DNA of 64,000 nt. Origin: Mobula hypostoma (taxonomy: Eukaryota). Under the pieces are notes generated by a model that ran no database searches, had not been told where the DNA came from, and saw only the letters and a program-made list of their open reading frames with translations. The stretch is from positions 32,550,001-32,614,000 of the forward strand of contig NC_086110.1 of NCBI RefSeq assembly GCF_963921235.1, written 5' to 3'. Shown here one piece after another: positions 63,895-64,000 of the stretch (positions are counted from its first letter, which is position 1; every line of letters starts with the position of its first letter). Made by a program: the position numbers and the translations under genes.

Positions 63895-64000
63895 AAGATA
63901 CTGAAAGTCAAAAGCAACACACACAAAATGCTGGGGGATCTCAGCAGGCCTGGCAGCATCTATGGAAAAGAGGAAACAGGTGACATTTCGGCCCGAGACC
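63895..64000 (-). mobile_element. Penelope-derived terminal repeat, truncated by the window edge
   Basis: Minus strand ggtctcgggccGAAAtgtcacctg...gatgctgccaggcctgctgag. Confidence 0.65.

Noticed and set aside
49720-64000. ZNF423 exon 2 or alternative first exon
   Set aside because: No segment resembling the expected acidic exon 2 or zinc fingers was found; treated as intron 1, though a small exon could have been missed
1-64000. CRISPR arrays, rRNA genes, prokaryotic or viral systems
   Set aside because: Spliced vertebrate genes and vertebrate repeats throughout; no repeat-spacer array, rRNA-like or viral segment seen

Overview
AT-rich vertebrate genomic DNA. The repeat content (HER1/CR1 LINEs, V-SINEs, Rex1/Babar, Penelope-derived repeats) suggests a cartilaginous fish, probably a ray; this is an inference. 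Gene order matches human 16q12.1. From the left: HEATR3 coding exon 1 (minus, runs off the left edge); complete CNEP1R1 (minus, 6 coding exons, 125 aa, one intron with a U12-type donor); a complete 9-exon, ~363-aa NCOA5 paralogue (plus, sharing a bidirectional CpG-island promoter with CNEP1R1); and the CpG island and first coding exon (MSRRKQSKPRAVK) of ZNF423 (plus), whose first intron runs off the right edge. The rest is a mosaic of decayed transposons. Highlights: (1) a family of fold-back, Penelope-linked retro-insertions with 12-16 bp TSDs carrying a minimal hammerhead-ribozyme core; (2) a candidate 3-nt microexon in the NCOA5-like gene; (3) the NCOA5 paralogue itself, which I do not recall at the human locus; (4) a three-level nested hAT/hAT/Tigger composite with its empty-site sister copy in the same window. 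Exon coordinates were derived by hand. Repeat boundaries are approximate unless TSDs are quoted.
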